A stretch of 24,000 nucleotides of DNA from Candidatus Woesearchaeota archaeon (lineage in GTDB: Archaea > Nanobdellota > Nanobdellia > Pacearchaeales > UBA284): positions 382,570 through 406,569 of the forward strand of contig CAYGZP010000001.1 in NCBI GenBank assembly GCA_964354405.1, given 5' to 3'. The notes beneath the pieces are model-generated. The model made no database searches. It was not told the origin of the DNA and saw nothing but the letters and a program-made list of their open reading frames with translations. Shown here in pieces: positions 1-7,658 of this stretch. The first letter of the stretch is position 1. Every line of letters starts with the position of its first letter. Made by a program: the position numbers and the translations under genes.

Positions 1-3
1 AAA

Positions 4-717
4 ATGTTCAATAAAAAGATAAAATGCCGCTGCGGCAAGAAAGTTGATGTAAAGTATGATTTTTGTCCTTACTGCGGCGCTGATTTGAAAGCCAAACTTG
101 TAAGAGACAAGGCTCGCGACAAGGAAGTTGATGGAATGATAAAGCAAGTCGAAAGCGCTTTCAATGTTCCTTTCTTTATGAAATTCCCTTTTGAGAAATT
201 AGTGAAGCAAATGGTTAAGGAAGTAGATAAACAGTTTCATGAGTATGATGCAATGTTATCCCAGGAGCAGAATGAAGCTGAAAAAAATCCCAATGTCATA
301 GCTTCTGGAATAAGCATAAGTGTCAATACATCACCAGAAGGCGAGCCAGTAATAGAAGTCAAGCAATTTGGCCAAGGGCAAGAGGAAAAGCCCCAAATCT
401 CAAAAGTTGACGAGCCAAAACAATATAAGAAACTTCCAAGGCCAGTTTTCTCAGAAGCCGAAGTATCAAAACTCTCAAAATTGCCAAGGAAAGAGCCCGA
501 GACAAAAGTCCGAAGGCTCACTGACAAGATTATCTATGAAATCTCATTGCCAGGAGTTAAGCAAGAGAAAAACATAATCATCCACAAGTTGCAGAATAGC
601 ATCGAGATTAAGGCATTCGCGAAAGACAAGGCTTATTTCAAACTGATTCCTTTAGATTTGGCAATCAAAGACTACAGGCTCAGCAACGAGGTTCTGACTC
701 TTGAGCTCAAGCCTTAA
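4..717 (+). CDS. Zinc-ribbon protein with C-terminal Hsp20/alpha-crystallin-like domain
   Basis: 237-aa ORF starting at the ATG at base 4; upstream sequence is not visible. The N-terminus has a CxC...CxxC pattern (KCRCGKK...FCPYCG). The C-terminus (IIYEISLPGV...SIEIKAF...NEVLTLELKP) resembles the sHSP alpha-crystallin domain consensus. Confidence 0.5.
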   Translation: MFNKKIKCRCGKKVDVKYDFCPYCGADLKAKLVRDKARDKEVDGMIKQVESAFNVPFFMKFPFEKLVKQMVKEVDKQFHEYDAMLSQEQNEAEKNPNVIASGISISVNTSPEGEPVIEVKQFGQGQEEKPQISKVDEPKQYKKLPRPVFSEAEVSKLSKLPRKEPETKVRRLTDKIIYEISLPGVKQEKNIIIHKLQNSIEIKAFAKDKAYFKLIPLDLAIKDYRLSNEVLTLELKP

Positions 718-1028
718 TGGCCCAGTTTATGACAAGAATTCTTATATTTTTTCCAAAGTTCATTTTTCTTTAATAACTTTAGAGTTGGTGGATTGCTGTA
801 AGTAACTTGATAGACTTGTATGCTTTTAATAATGCCCTCTCTACTATAATATTTTGCAAGCCGATCTTCTAAACATTCGTGATTACATAATTCTATAGCT
901 GGTGCTGACTGGTGGTCTCTAAGAACTAAGTAAATTGAATAATTTTTTCTCAAGCCAATCTTGTTCTTATTAGGCATATCCTCCATCATATCCCCTATAA
1001 GTTCAGTGATATCTTCTACGATTTTCAT
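714..1028 (-). CDS. Hypothetical protein
   Basis: 104-aa ORF convergent with the previous gene, with a 4-nt overlap. No recognisable motif. It fills an otherwise empty gap. Confidence 0.35.
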   Translation of the reverse strand: MKIVEDITELIGDMMEDMPNKNKIGLRKNYSIYLVLRDHQSAPAIELCNHECLEDRLAKYYSREGIIKSIQVYQVTYSNPPTLKLLKKNELWKKYKNSCHKLGH

Positions 1029-1122
1029 ACGTTTAATCAGTCCATTCGTCTTATATATTTTTCGTTGGCCCTAAGTCGAGGGCAAGCCATAAATTTTTAA
1101 ATAATAATTGCCTCGAGTTTTT

Positions 1123-2289
1123 ATGAAAAGAGGGCTGTTTGCATTAGTGTTATTGACATTCATTGTGTTCTTGTTATCTATCTTTTCTATCAATTTTGTA
1201 ATGGCCCAATATGGTGACACTCCGGGCTACAATCCTTATTCCAGTTCAAGCAGCTCTTTCTTTGGCTTGTCAATCTCGGATTTAATTTCAAACGAGTGGT
1301 TCAATGCAGCTGTGCTGTTTTTGCTTGTTTTCGCAGTGTGCTGGTTTGTACTGCTGAAAGTTTTCAGTGGCAGCAAGGGCGCTGCTATAATTGTTTCAGT
1401 AGTAATCGCATTGATGGGCTCGATGGGAACAATTTATTTTTATGGATTGATTCTGCCTAAACTCGCGACATGGCTTGTTGTTGCGATATTCGTGGCAATT
1501 GCTTTAATCTTGACATATCAATTAAGAAGAATAGGCATGGCAATATGGCTTGTCATGGCAGCTGTGGCGTTATTCTGGCTTTTATGGGCCAATAAGCAAT
1601 TATGCCCTCCATTAGGATTCCTGCCTCAAGAAGTCTGCGTCATTCTTGACACGATTGCATTCGCGTTGTTAATAATTATTTTTATAAGACTCTTGGCATG
1701 GCTCATCAAAAAAGTCACAGGAACTATCGGCATGACTAGAGGGGGTGGCGGCGGAGGTTACAAGCCCCCAAAACCTTCAAAAGCTCCTCCGGGAAGATTT
1801 AATTTAACAATAGGGGTTCAAGGAAACGGCACCACAAACCCCCGGCCTGGAAATCGTGTTTTAAAAGAAAGAGCTCGATTTGGTGTTAGGGCGATTTCAG
1901 GAACAAATTCAAAGCTTCATCATTGGGAGCTTGATGGAACTCATATGGGCGCATCAAATGTAATAAATGTCACAATGAATTCTGATCATACGTTAGTTGC
2001 GGTGTTCGAAGGAGTAAGACAAGCACAAGCTCAAGTTCAACAGCAACAGCAGCAACAACTTCAACAGCAAGTGATTCAAAAAAAGATAAGAACCGCCCGC
2101 GAGCTGCAACATGCATACAATGACTATAAATTCAAAATTTTCAATACAAGGTATAACCCTAGCAATAGAACGTGGATGTTAAATGCGATGAAAATAATAG
2201 CGCAGAAAGCACAACAAATGAACTACACAATAAAAGGCCCATCACCAAACGACATAGAAGCAAAACTCAGAAAAAATAAATTAATATAG
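1123..2289 (+). CDS. Multi-pass membrane protein with InlB B-repeat-like beta domain and poly-Q segment
   Basis: I prefer the ATG at 1123 over the track's TTG at 1108. The N-terminal half has about 6 hydrophobic helices, followed by a GGGGG linker. FNLTIGVQGNGTTNPRPGN...HHWELDG...VTMNSDHTLVAVFE fits the divergent InlB B-repeat pattern (y.Ltv..G.G.v.P..G...F..W..dg....tm..d.tv.A.F). A QAQAQVQQQQQQQLQQQ run follows. Confidence 0.6.
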   Translation: MKRGLFALVLLTFIVFLLSIFSINFVMAQYGDTPGYNPYSSSSSSFFGLSISDLISNEWFNAAVLFLLVFAVCWFVLLKVFSGSKGAAIIVSVVIALMGSMGTIYFYGLILPKLATWLVVAIFVAIALILTYQLRRIGMAIWLVMAAVALFWLLWANKQLCPPLGFLPQEVCVILDTIAFALLIIIFIRLLAWLIKKVTGTIGMTRGGGGGGYKPPKPSKAPPGRFNLTIGVQGNGTTNPRPGNRVLKERARFGVRAISGTNSKLHHWELDGTHMGASNVINVTMNSDHTLVAVFEGVRQAQAQVQQQQQQQLQQQVIQKKIRTARELQHAYNDYKFKIFNTRYNPSNRTWMLNAMKIIAQKAQQMNYTIKGPSPNDIEAKLRKNKLI

Positions 2290-2352
2290 TTCATCGACAA
2301 ATTTATAAATCTCAAACCACTGGTAATCAAATAAAAGAGGTAATCAAGAAAA

Positions 2353-2559
2353 ATGGTTTTTTACGGAAATCCAGCCAAAACATGGCTTTTGATATTGGGC
2401 TTAGTGATCTTAGTTGTAAGTGTTGTAGGCGGCTTAGTTAATCTAGGGATAACTTTTTGGGTTTTGTCTGCGTTGCCAGCCAATCCTGTAATTTACTTGG
2501 GAATAGACGCTTTGTTTGGGCTCATAATGTTAATCATCGGCCTTAATCCTACGATATAA
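2353..2559 (+). CDS. Small membrane protein (2 predicted TM helices)
   Basis: 68-aa ORF that is almost entirely hydrophobic. AGAGGT lies upstream of the ATG. Confidence 0.45.
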   Translation: MVFYGNPAKTWLLILGLVILVVSVVGGLVNLGITFWVLSALPANPVIYLGIDALFGLIMLIIGLNPTI

Positions 2560-2598
2560 AATATAATAAAGTAAGATAACAGAAAATATTTGAATAAA

Positions 2599-2823
2599 AT
2601 GAAACCGCGAGTAATGTTAATCATGTTCGGGATTTTTGTATCTTTGTTGAGTGCGATAGCGCTTATACAAGGCACAAGCATAACAGGCTTTGCAACAGTT
2701 TCAGATACACTGACAGACAAGTTGAACTTCCCGGTTTCAACAACTTTCTATCTCTTTGCCTTGCTGATTATCGGAATAATTGCAATAGTAGTTGGGATAA
2801 AACACAGAAAAGTTGTTTATTAG
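2599..2823 (+). CDS. Small membrane/secreted protein
   Basis: I prefer the ATG at 2599 over the TTG at 2590. It has an N-terminal signal-like helix and a C-terminal TM helix. Confidence 0.45.
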   Translation: MKPRVMLIMFGIFVSLLSAIALIQGTSITGFATVSDTLTDKLNFPVSTTFYLFALLIIGIIAIVVGIKHRKVVY

Positions 2824-2893
2824 TGAGTGTTAAATCGTTTGTTATCTGAAAACCCCTTCTTCAAAAACCGCGCTTATCAAATTATCTTATCTC

Positions 2894-3937
2894 TCAAAAA
2901 TCGCCCAATCCTTTCTGGCTGGCTTTTTCTTTGTTCTCGTATATCTTCCCTAAAGCTGATGTAACTCGCTCCTCGCTGAAATCATGCTCATCACATAACA
3001 ACTTCTTGAGGGCTTTTTCATCTATTTTTTTGAATTCTATTTTGTAGTCACTTGTAACGTCGGGTTTTTTGAACAATTCAAAAATGTCTTGCCAGTCAAA
3101 ATCAGGATTATTAATCTTGCCCTCTTCTGCGAGCTTGCCTAAAGCACTAAATAACAGGGAAGGAGATCTATACTGTTGCACAAGTTGCAGAGCTTTCTTT
3201 GGCCCGATTCCTTTGACACCTCCGGGGTTAAAATCAGTTCCAACAAGAATCCCCAAACAAATGAGCTGCTCGTGATTTATCTGCAGTGAGTTGAGAACTT
3301 GCTCAAGCTCAATCATCTCAGGAACAATAGGAACAAATGCACCGCTCGCCAATTTTCTTTTTCTTGCTAAAGTCAAATTCTGGATAAGCCGGGAAGCTCC
3401 AAAAGCTAATGAATCATAATCCTGCGAGGCAACAGCATAAGCCTCCCCTTTCTTGACAATGTAAGAGCATTGAGCCTCGCCTTCGCTCGGAGCCTGCACA
3501 ACAGGCAGCCCCAGAGCTTCAACAAGTTTCTTGCTCTCCTCTATCATCTCCTCTGTCAAATGCAGCGCTTGCCTTGAATATTTGAACATATCCTCTTCGC
3601 TTCCTCGAGCTTTAGCTTTATCATACTTTTCCTTGGCTTCTTCCTTGTGCGCGATTCTTTCTGAGACAGTCTCGCCTTTCAAAGCATGAGGCTTGCCGTC
3701 AAAAACATAAATGAGTTTCAAACCCCGCGCCATCAAATTAGTGGTTCTATAAAACAATCCCGAGAGATGAGAAGTAACCCGTTTCTTGCTGTCCATTAAA
3801 GGGGTTCCGTCAGGCTGTCTTATGTTGGCAAGAAATTGATAAATGACATTAAAGGCGTCTACCGCCAGGATTTTGCCTTTCAAATCCTCAATCTTTATTT
3901 CTTTTTTAGGAACAATATCCCTTATCTGCAAACCCAT
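2894..3937 (-). CDS. fen: Flap endonuclease 1 (FEN1)
   Basis: MGLQIRDIV...LKGKILAVDAFNVIYQFL...LIYVFDGKP...GLPVVQAPSEGEAQCSY...QDYDSLAFG...GTDFNPGGVKGIGPKKA are the XPG-N, XPG-I and H3TH motifs. The ATG at 3937 is preferred over the TTG at 3952. The C-terminal QKGLGDF is PIP-box-like. Confidence 0.95.
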   Translation of the reverse strand: MGLQIRDIVPKKEIKIEDLKGKILAVDAFNVIYQFLANIRQPDGTPLMDSKKRVTSHLSGLFYRTTNLMARGLKLIYVFDGKPHALKGETVSERIAHKEEAKEKYDKAKARGSEEDMFKYSRQALHLTEEMIEESKKLVEALGLPVVQAPSEGEAQCSYIVKKGEAYAVASQDYDSLAFGASRLIQNLTLARKRKLASGAFVPIVPEMIELEQVLNSLQINHEQLICLGILVGTDFNPGGVKGIGPKKALQLVQQYRSPSLLFSALGKLAEEGKINNPDFDWQDIFELFKKPDVTSDYKIEFKKIDEKALKKLLCDEHDFSEERVTSALGKIYENKEKASQKGLGDF

Positions 3938-3959
3938 AAAAATCCAAAGCAAAGGAAAC

Positions 3960-3967
3960 TTAAATAA
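3960..3967 (-). promoter_or_regulatory. TATA box for fen (leaderless spacing)
   Basis: The minus strand reads TTATTTAA, centred about 26 nt upstream of the fen ATG. Confidence 0.5.
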
Positions 3968-4019
3968 TTTGCCCCGAGCTTAATTGGGCTTAGCCAATCT
4001 TAATTAAACTTAACATTAG

Positions 4020-4028
4020 TTTTAAAAA
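4020..4028 (+). promoter_or_regulatory. TATA box for polB (leaderless spacing)
   Basis: TTTTAAAAA, centred about 26 nt upstream of the ATG at 4050. Confidence 0.5.
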
Positions 4029-4049
4029 TTGCAAAGCTCTCAAATTACA

Positions 4050-6506
4050 ATGGAGATACAGTTCATTCCAATAGATTATGATTATTTTGATTGGCAGTCT
4101 CGCAACTATATCAAGATAATTGGCAGAGATGACAAGGGCAAGAGGGTTTGTATTGTTGACAGTCTCAATCCTTATTTGTGGGCTATTTTCAAGCAAGGGA
4201 CAAGTGAGAAAAAAATCAAGGAAATTCAGCAAAAGATAGAAAAAATAAAAATAGAAGCCATGAGCAGGACAACTATAGTAGAAAAAACCGAACTTCATGA
4301 CAAGAAGTTCTTGGGCAAGGATGTCAAAGCACTCAAAATATTCATAACAAACTACAAAGATGCTCACCCAGTCGCAGACAAGCTTGACTTTCCAGAAATC
4401 GAGGCTCGAAGAGAATATGATTTGAACATAATTACAAAATATATCATTGACAAGAAACTCGCACCTTTAGCATGGCACAAAATTTCAGGAGAAGCTTTAG
4501 AAAATAACGATTTCGGTGGCCTTGCGAACTCGTTAGATGTCGAGCTTTGCCTAAAAGCAGAGAAGATTGAAAAAATAGAGGATAAGGCCATTTCTCCAAG
4601 GATTCTTGCTTATGACATTGAAACAGATGAGTTCGAGATTGGCAGGGGCGAAATTTTAATGATATCGCTAGTTGGCAAGGATTTCAAAAAAGTTTTGGCA
4701 TGGAAACGAGTTGCGAAAGCTCCAGAGTTTGTCGAGTTCTGTAGAGATGAAGCTGAGATGCTTGAAAAATTTGTTGAATATGTTAAAGAGCAAAATGCTG
4801 ACATGTTAGTAGGTTATTTTAGTGATGGTTTTGACTTGCCTTATCTCCGGGCTAGAGCAGAAAGACATAAAGTCAAGCTTTCTCTTGGATTAGATAACTC
4901 GCAGCCAACTTTTGCTCGCGGGCGCATTACTTCAGCGAGAATATCTGGAATTGTCCATGTTGATTTGTTAAGATTCATTGAAACAGTCTATTCACAATAC
5001 ATGCAATCCGAAACCTTGGGCTTGGATGAGGTCGCCACAGAATTTCTTGGCGAGGGCAAGAAAAATTTCGAGCACAAACACTCAACTCGCATTAAAGAGC
5101 ATGAATGGAGGGATTATTTTGAATATAATCTTCAAGATTCTCTGCTCACATACAAACTCGCGGAGAAATTTTGGCCCGATATGCAGGAGTTCTGCAAGAT
5201 TATCCAAGAACCATTGTTTGAGATGACGAGAGACGGGATGTCGCAGCTTGTCGAAGGCTACATTTTACATCACCTTGATGAATATAATGAAATCGCTGAG
5301 AAAAGGCCATTACATGATGAAATTGAACAGAGAAGAATGCGCGAGAAATATGAAGGGGCGTTTGTTTTACAGCCCACCCCCGGACTTTATGAAAATGTTG
5401 GGATGTTTGATTTCACGAGCATGTATTCTTCCGTGATTGTTACATACAACCTTTCAAAATCAACGCTTCTTGCAGATAAAAGAGATGAAAAAGAAGTAAA
5501 TGAAGCAGATTTAGGAGACGAGGGCAAAGTTTACTTTTCAAAAAAGCCGGGGTTTTTTCCAACAATGTTAAGAGATATGGTTGATAAGAGAAAGAAATAC
5601 AAAGCAGAGTATAAAAAAGAGCCCTCTCCAGTAAAAAGAGCCCGAAGTAATGCTTACAAGCTTCTGGCTAATGCCTCATATGGTTATCAGGGATTCTTCG
5701 GAGCAAGATATCATTGTCGAGAAGCCGCAGCAGCAACAGCGGCCCTAGCCAGAAAATCAATTCTTACTACTATTGATAAAATAAAAGCCGCAGGCTATCA
5801 AGTTATATATTCTGACACAGATTCAATAGCTTTTCTTCTAGGAAAACACAAAAAATCAGAAACTCTTGAGTTTCTAAAGAAACTCAATTCCGAGTTGCCA
5901 GGAATCATGGAGATGGAGCTCGAAGACTATTACAAGAGGGGTATTTGGGTTACAAAGAGAACAGGAGAGTTCGGCGCAAAGAAAAAGTATGCGCTCATCA
6001 CAGAAGACGGCAAGTTGAAAATAAGAGGCTTTGAAACAGTTCGGAGAGACTGGTGTTCTCTGGCCCGCGAACTGCAGAATGAAGTATTGATCAGAATATT
6101 GAAAGAAGGAAATGAAAAATCAGCTCTCGAGTACACTAAAAAAATAATCAAAGAGCTGAAAGAAAGAAAAGTTGACAGAGAGGATATTATGATTAGAACC
6201 CAGCTCAAGAAGCCTATTTCAGAATACAAATCAATAACCCCACATGTCATCGCAGCAAAAAAGATGGAAGAAGCAAACATTCCTGTTGATGTAGGCATGC
6301 TAATCCAGTATTTTATAGCTGAAACTCGCGACACAAAAAAACTTGTCCGCGATAAAGTCAAGCTTCCAGATGAAAAGGGCGAATACAACCTCAAATATTA
6401 CTTGGAGCATCAGTTGATTCCTGCAGTCGAGAACATCTTTGAAGTCTTCGGAATAAAGAAAGACGATTTGTTAGGAAAAGGTCAGAAGAAATTATTGGAA
6501 TTTTGA
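4050..6506 (+). CDS. polB: Family B DNA polymerase
   Basis: Exo I is LAYDIETD, Exo II is GYFSDGFDLPYL, and Exo III is YNLQDSLLTYKL. Pol motif A is DFTSMYSSVIVTYNLS, motif B is KLLANASYGY, and motif C is YSDTDSI. The ATG at 4050 is preferred over the TTG at 4029. The C-terminal QKKLLEF is PIP-box-like. The motifs are contiguous, so there is no intein. Confidence 0.95.
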   Translation: MEIQFIPIDYDYFDWQSRNYIKIIGRDDKGKRVCIVDSLNPYLWAIFKQGTSEKKIKEIQQKIEKIKIEAMSRTTIVEKTELHDKKFLGKDVKALKIFITNYKDAHPVADKLDFPEIEARREYDLNIITKYIIDKKLAPLAWHKISGEALENNDFGGLANSLDVELCLKAEKIEKIEDKAISPRILAYDIETDEFEIGRGEILMISLVGKDFKKVLAWKRVAKAPEFVEFCRDEAEMLEKFVEYVKEQNADMLVGYFSDGFDLPYLRARAERHKVKLSLGLDNSQPTFARGRITSARISGIVHVDLLRFIETVYSQYMQSETLGLDEVATEFLGEGKKNFEHKHSTRIKEHEWRDYFEYNLQDSLLTYKLAEKFWPDMQEFCKIIQEPLFEMTRDGMSQLVEGYILHHLDEYNEIAEKRPLHDEIEQRRMREKYEGAFVLQPTPGLYENVGMFDFTSMYSSVIVTYNLSKSTLLADKRDEKEVNEADLGDEGKVYFSKKPGFFPTMLRDMVDKRKKYKAEYKKEPSPVKRARSNAYKLLANASYGYQGFFGARYHCREAAAATAALARKSILTTIDKIKAAGYQVIYSDTDSIAFLLGKHKKSETLEFLKKLNSELPGIMEMELEDYYKRGIWVTKRTGEFGAKKKYALITEDGKLKIRGFETVRRDWCSLARELQNEVLIRILKEGNEKSALEYTKKIIKELKERKVDREDIMIRTQLKKPISEYKSITPHVIAAKKMEEANIPVDVGMLIQYFIAETRDTKKLVRDKVKLPDEKGEYNLKYYLEHQLIPAVENIFEVFGIKKDDLLGKGQKKLLEF

Positions 6507-6560
6507 TGACAGAATCATTCTATTTTGTTACTTCTCTCAAATAACAACGAAACCAAAAGA

Positions 6561-6568
6561 TTTATAAA
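6561..6568 (+). promoter_or_regulatory. TATA box for the DGR target gene
   Basis: TTTATAAA, centred about 26 nt upstream of the ATG at 6590. Confidence 0.45.
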
Positions 6569-6589
6569 TTCCCATTTCTTATAAAAAGC

Positions 6590-7345
6590 ATGACAGAACA
6601 AATCAAACTATTTGAAGGACATTATAACAAACAAATGCCCTTGCTAAGAGCAAAAGGCTTTAAACCCGCAACAGCAGAGGAAATACAAAAATTAAGGCTG
6701 GAAAGCAAACTTTCTTTTGATGTTTATTATGACACTGCAACAGGAATTTTCTATGCAGGAGATAATAAAGACAAATTCAAAATTATTCCTTATTCAAAAG
6801 ACTTAGCCAATGTAACTGATAAAACTGAGCTTTATAACGGCGGAATAAAGAAAACTCAAGAGGATTATGAAAAAGCAAAAGCTCAAGAATTCACAAGAAA
6901 AAACATGATTTTAAATGAAAGATTAACAGAAAAAGAAGTTTTAGAGCATTTAGGATGGCTTACTGCATTAAATAATAATAAAGAACTGCTTGAAAAAGTT
7001 GTTGAGCATGTCTTCAAAGAAGTTAGAAATAGATATGATGAAAGTAAGGCAATGGGCTTTTATTTAAGAGATGCTCAAAAAGTTCCGAATGAGCGCGCCC
7101 TTTACCTCGACAGGTTCGACGGCGGCTGGGCTGGTGCCAGCGGCAGCTACGGCCTCGACGACGATGCGCGTCTTGTTGGGGTATGTGAGAAAACTGGCGA
7201 AGCCAGTTCGCGCCCAGAAAAAGTTTTGCCTTATTCCCGAGAGGAACTAAAAAATTATGAAAAGATTATAAATGGGGTTGTTAAGGGCAAAATACCAAGT
7301 CAAGAACTTAAGCCTCTTTTAAAATTTATCAAAAAACTAAGGTAA
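6590..7345 (+). CDS. DGR variable (target) protein, otherwise uncharacterised
   Basis: 251-aa ORF. The VR encodes residues about 168-198 (ERALYLDRFDGGWAGASGSYGLDDDARLVGV). No signal peptide or TM helix is visible by eye. The C-terminal 50 aa are K-rich. Confidence 0.85.
   Translation: MTEQIKLFEGHYNKQMPLLRAKGFKPATAEEIQKLRLESKLSFDVYYDTATGIFYAGDNKDKFKIIPYSKDLANVTDKTELYNGGIKKTQEDYEKAKAQEFTRKNMILNERLTEKEVLEHLGWLTALNNNKELLEKVVEHVFKEVRNRYDESKAMGFYLRDAQKVPNERALYLDRFDGGWAGASGSYGLDDDARLVGVCEKTGEASSRPEKVLPYSREELKNYEKIINGVVKGKIPSQELKPLLKFIKKLR
7090..7183 (+). repeat. DGR variable region (VR)
   Basis: The core 7092-7178 aligns without gaps to 7543-7629 (offset 451): 72 identities and 15 mismatches. Every mismatch lies opposite a TR adenine (14 A->G, 1 A->T). 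The flanking positions 7090, 7091 and 7179-7181 also differ only at TR adenines. The first non-A mismatch is at 7184. Confidence 0.9.
7192..7208 (+). promoter_or_regulatory. Perfect hairpin just 3' of the VR (candidate DGR target-recognition stem-loop)
   Basis: AACTGGC-GAA-GCCAGTT forms a 7-bp stem with a 3-nt loop, starting 9 nt after the end of VR homology. No counterpart follows the TR. Confidence 0.55.
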
Positions 7346-7540
7346 GTTTTTTAAATTATTCCTTTTTTATTTTAAAGCCCCAGTAATTCTGTTAATCCAA
7401 AAGATTTAACAGAAAAGCTTGGACTACACGCCAATTAATAGAGCTTTTTGTTGTTAATAAAAAGTTATGAAATACAGCTGCAACCATGAGTAGCTTATGC
7501 GAAAATCGAAGCAGCAGTGAAGTTTAGTTAATTGACTATT

Positions 7541-7634
7541 AAAGCGCGCCCTTTACCTCAACAGGTTCGACAACAACAGGGCTGATGCCAACGACAACTA
7601 CAACCTCAACAACAATGCGCGTCTTGTTGAAATA
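7541..7634 (+). ncRNA. DGR template region (TR)
   Basis: Noncoding copy of the VR. In the VR frame it reads KRALYLNRFDNNRADANDNYNLNNNARLVEIV, with 8 AAC codons and 1 AAT codon. The core contains 26 adenines, of which 15 are substituted in the VR. It ends 24 nt before the RT start codon. Confidence 0.9.
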
Positions 7635-7658
7635 GTCCTTGCTTCTCGGGGTTTTACC

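Noticed and set aside
1040-1095. Small stem (GCCCT-aagtcg-AGGGC) in the 1029-1122 intergenic region as a possible ncRNA or regulator
   Set aside because: It is only 5 bp with no flanking conservation cues. It lies in a divergent promoter region where TATA-like AT tracts better explain the spacing.
1108-4031. TTG starts proposed by the ORF track (1108, 2590, 3952, 4029; also the internal TTG at 23856)
   Set aside because: In each case an in-frame ATG lies a few codons downstream at the spacing expected from a TATA box, or at the point where homology begins. For gyrA the frame simply continues past the window edge.
4050-6506. Possible intein in PolB, which is common in archaeal polB genes
   Set aside because: The pol motifs A, B and C and the exo motifs are contiguous with normal spacing. 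At about 818 aa the protein fits an intein-free enzyme, and no intein block motifs are seen.
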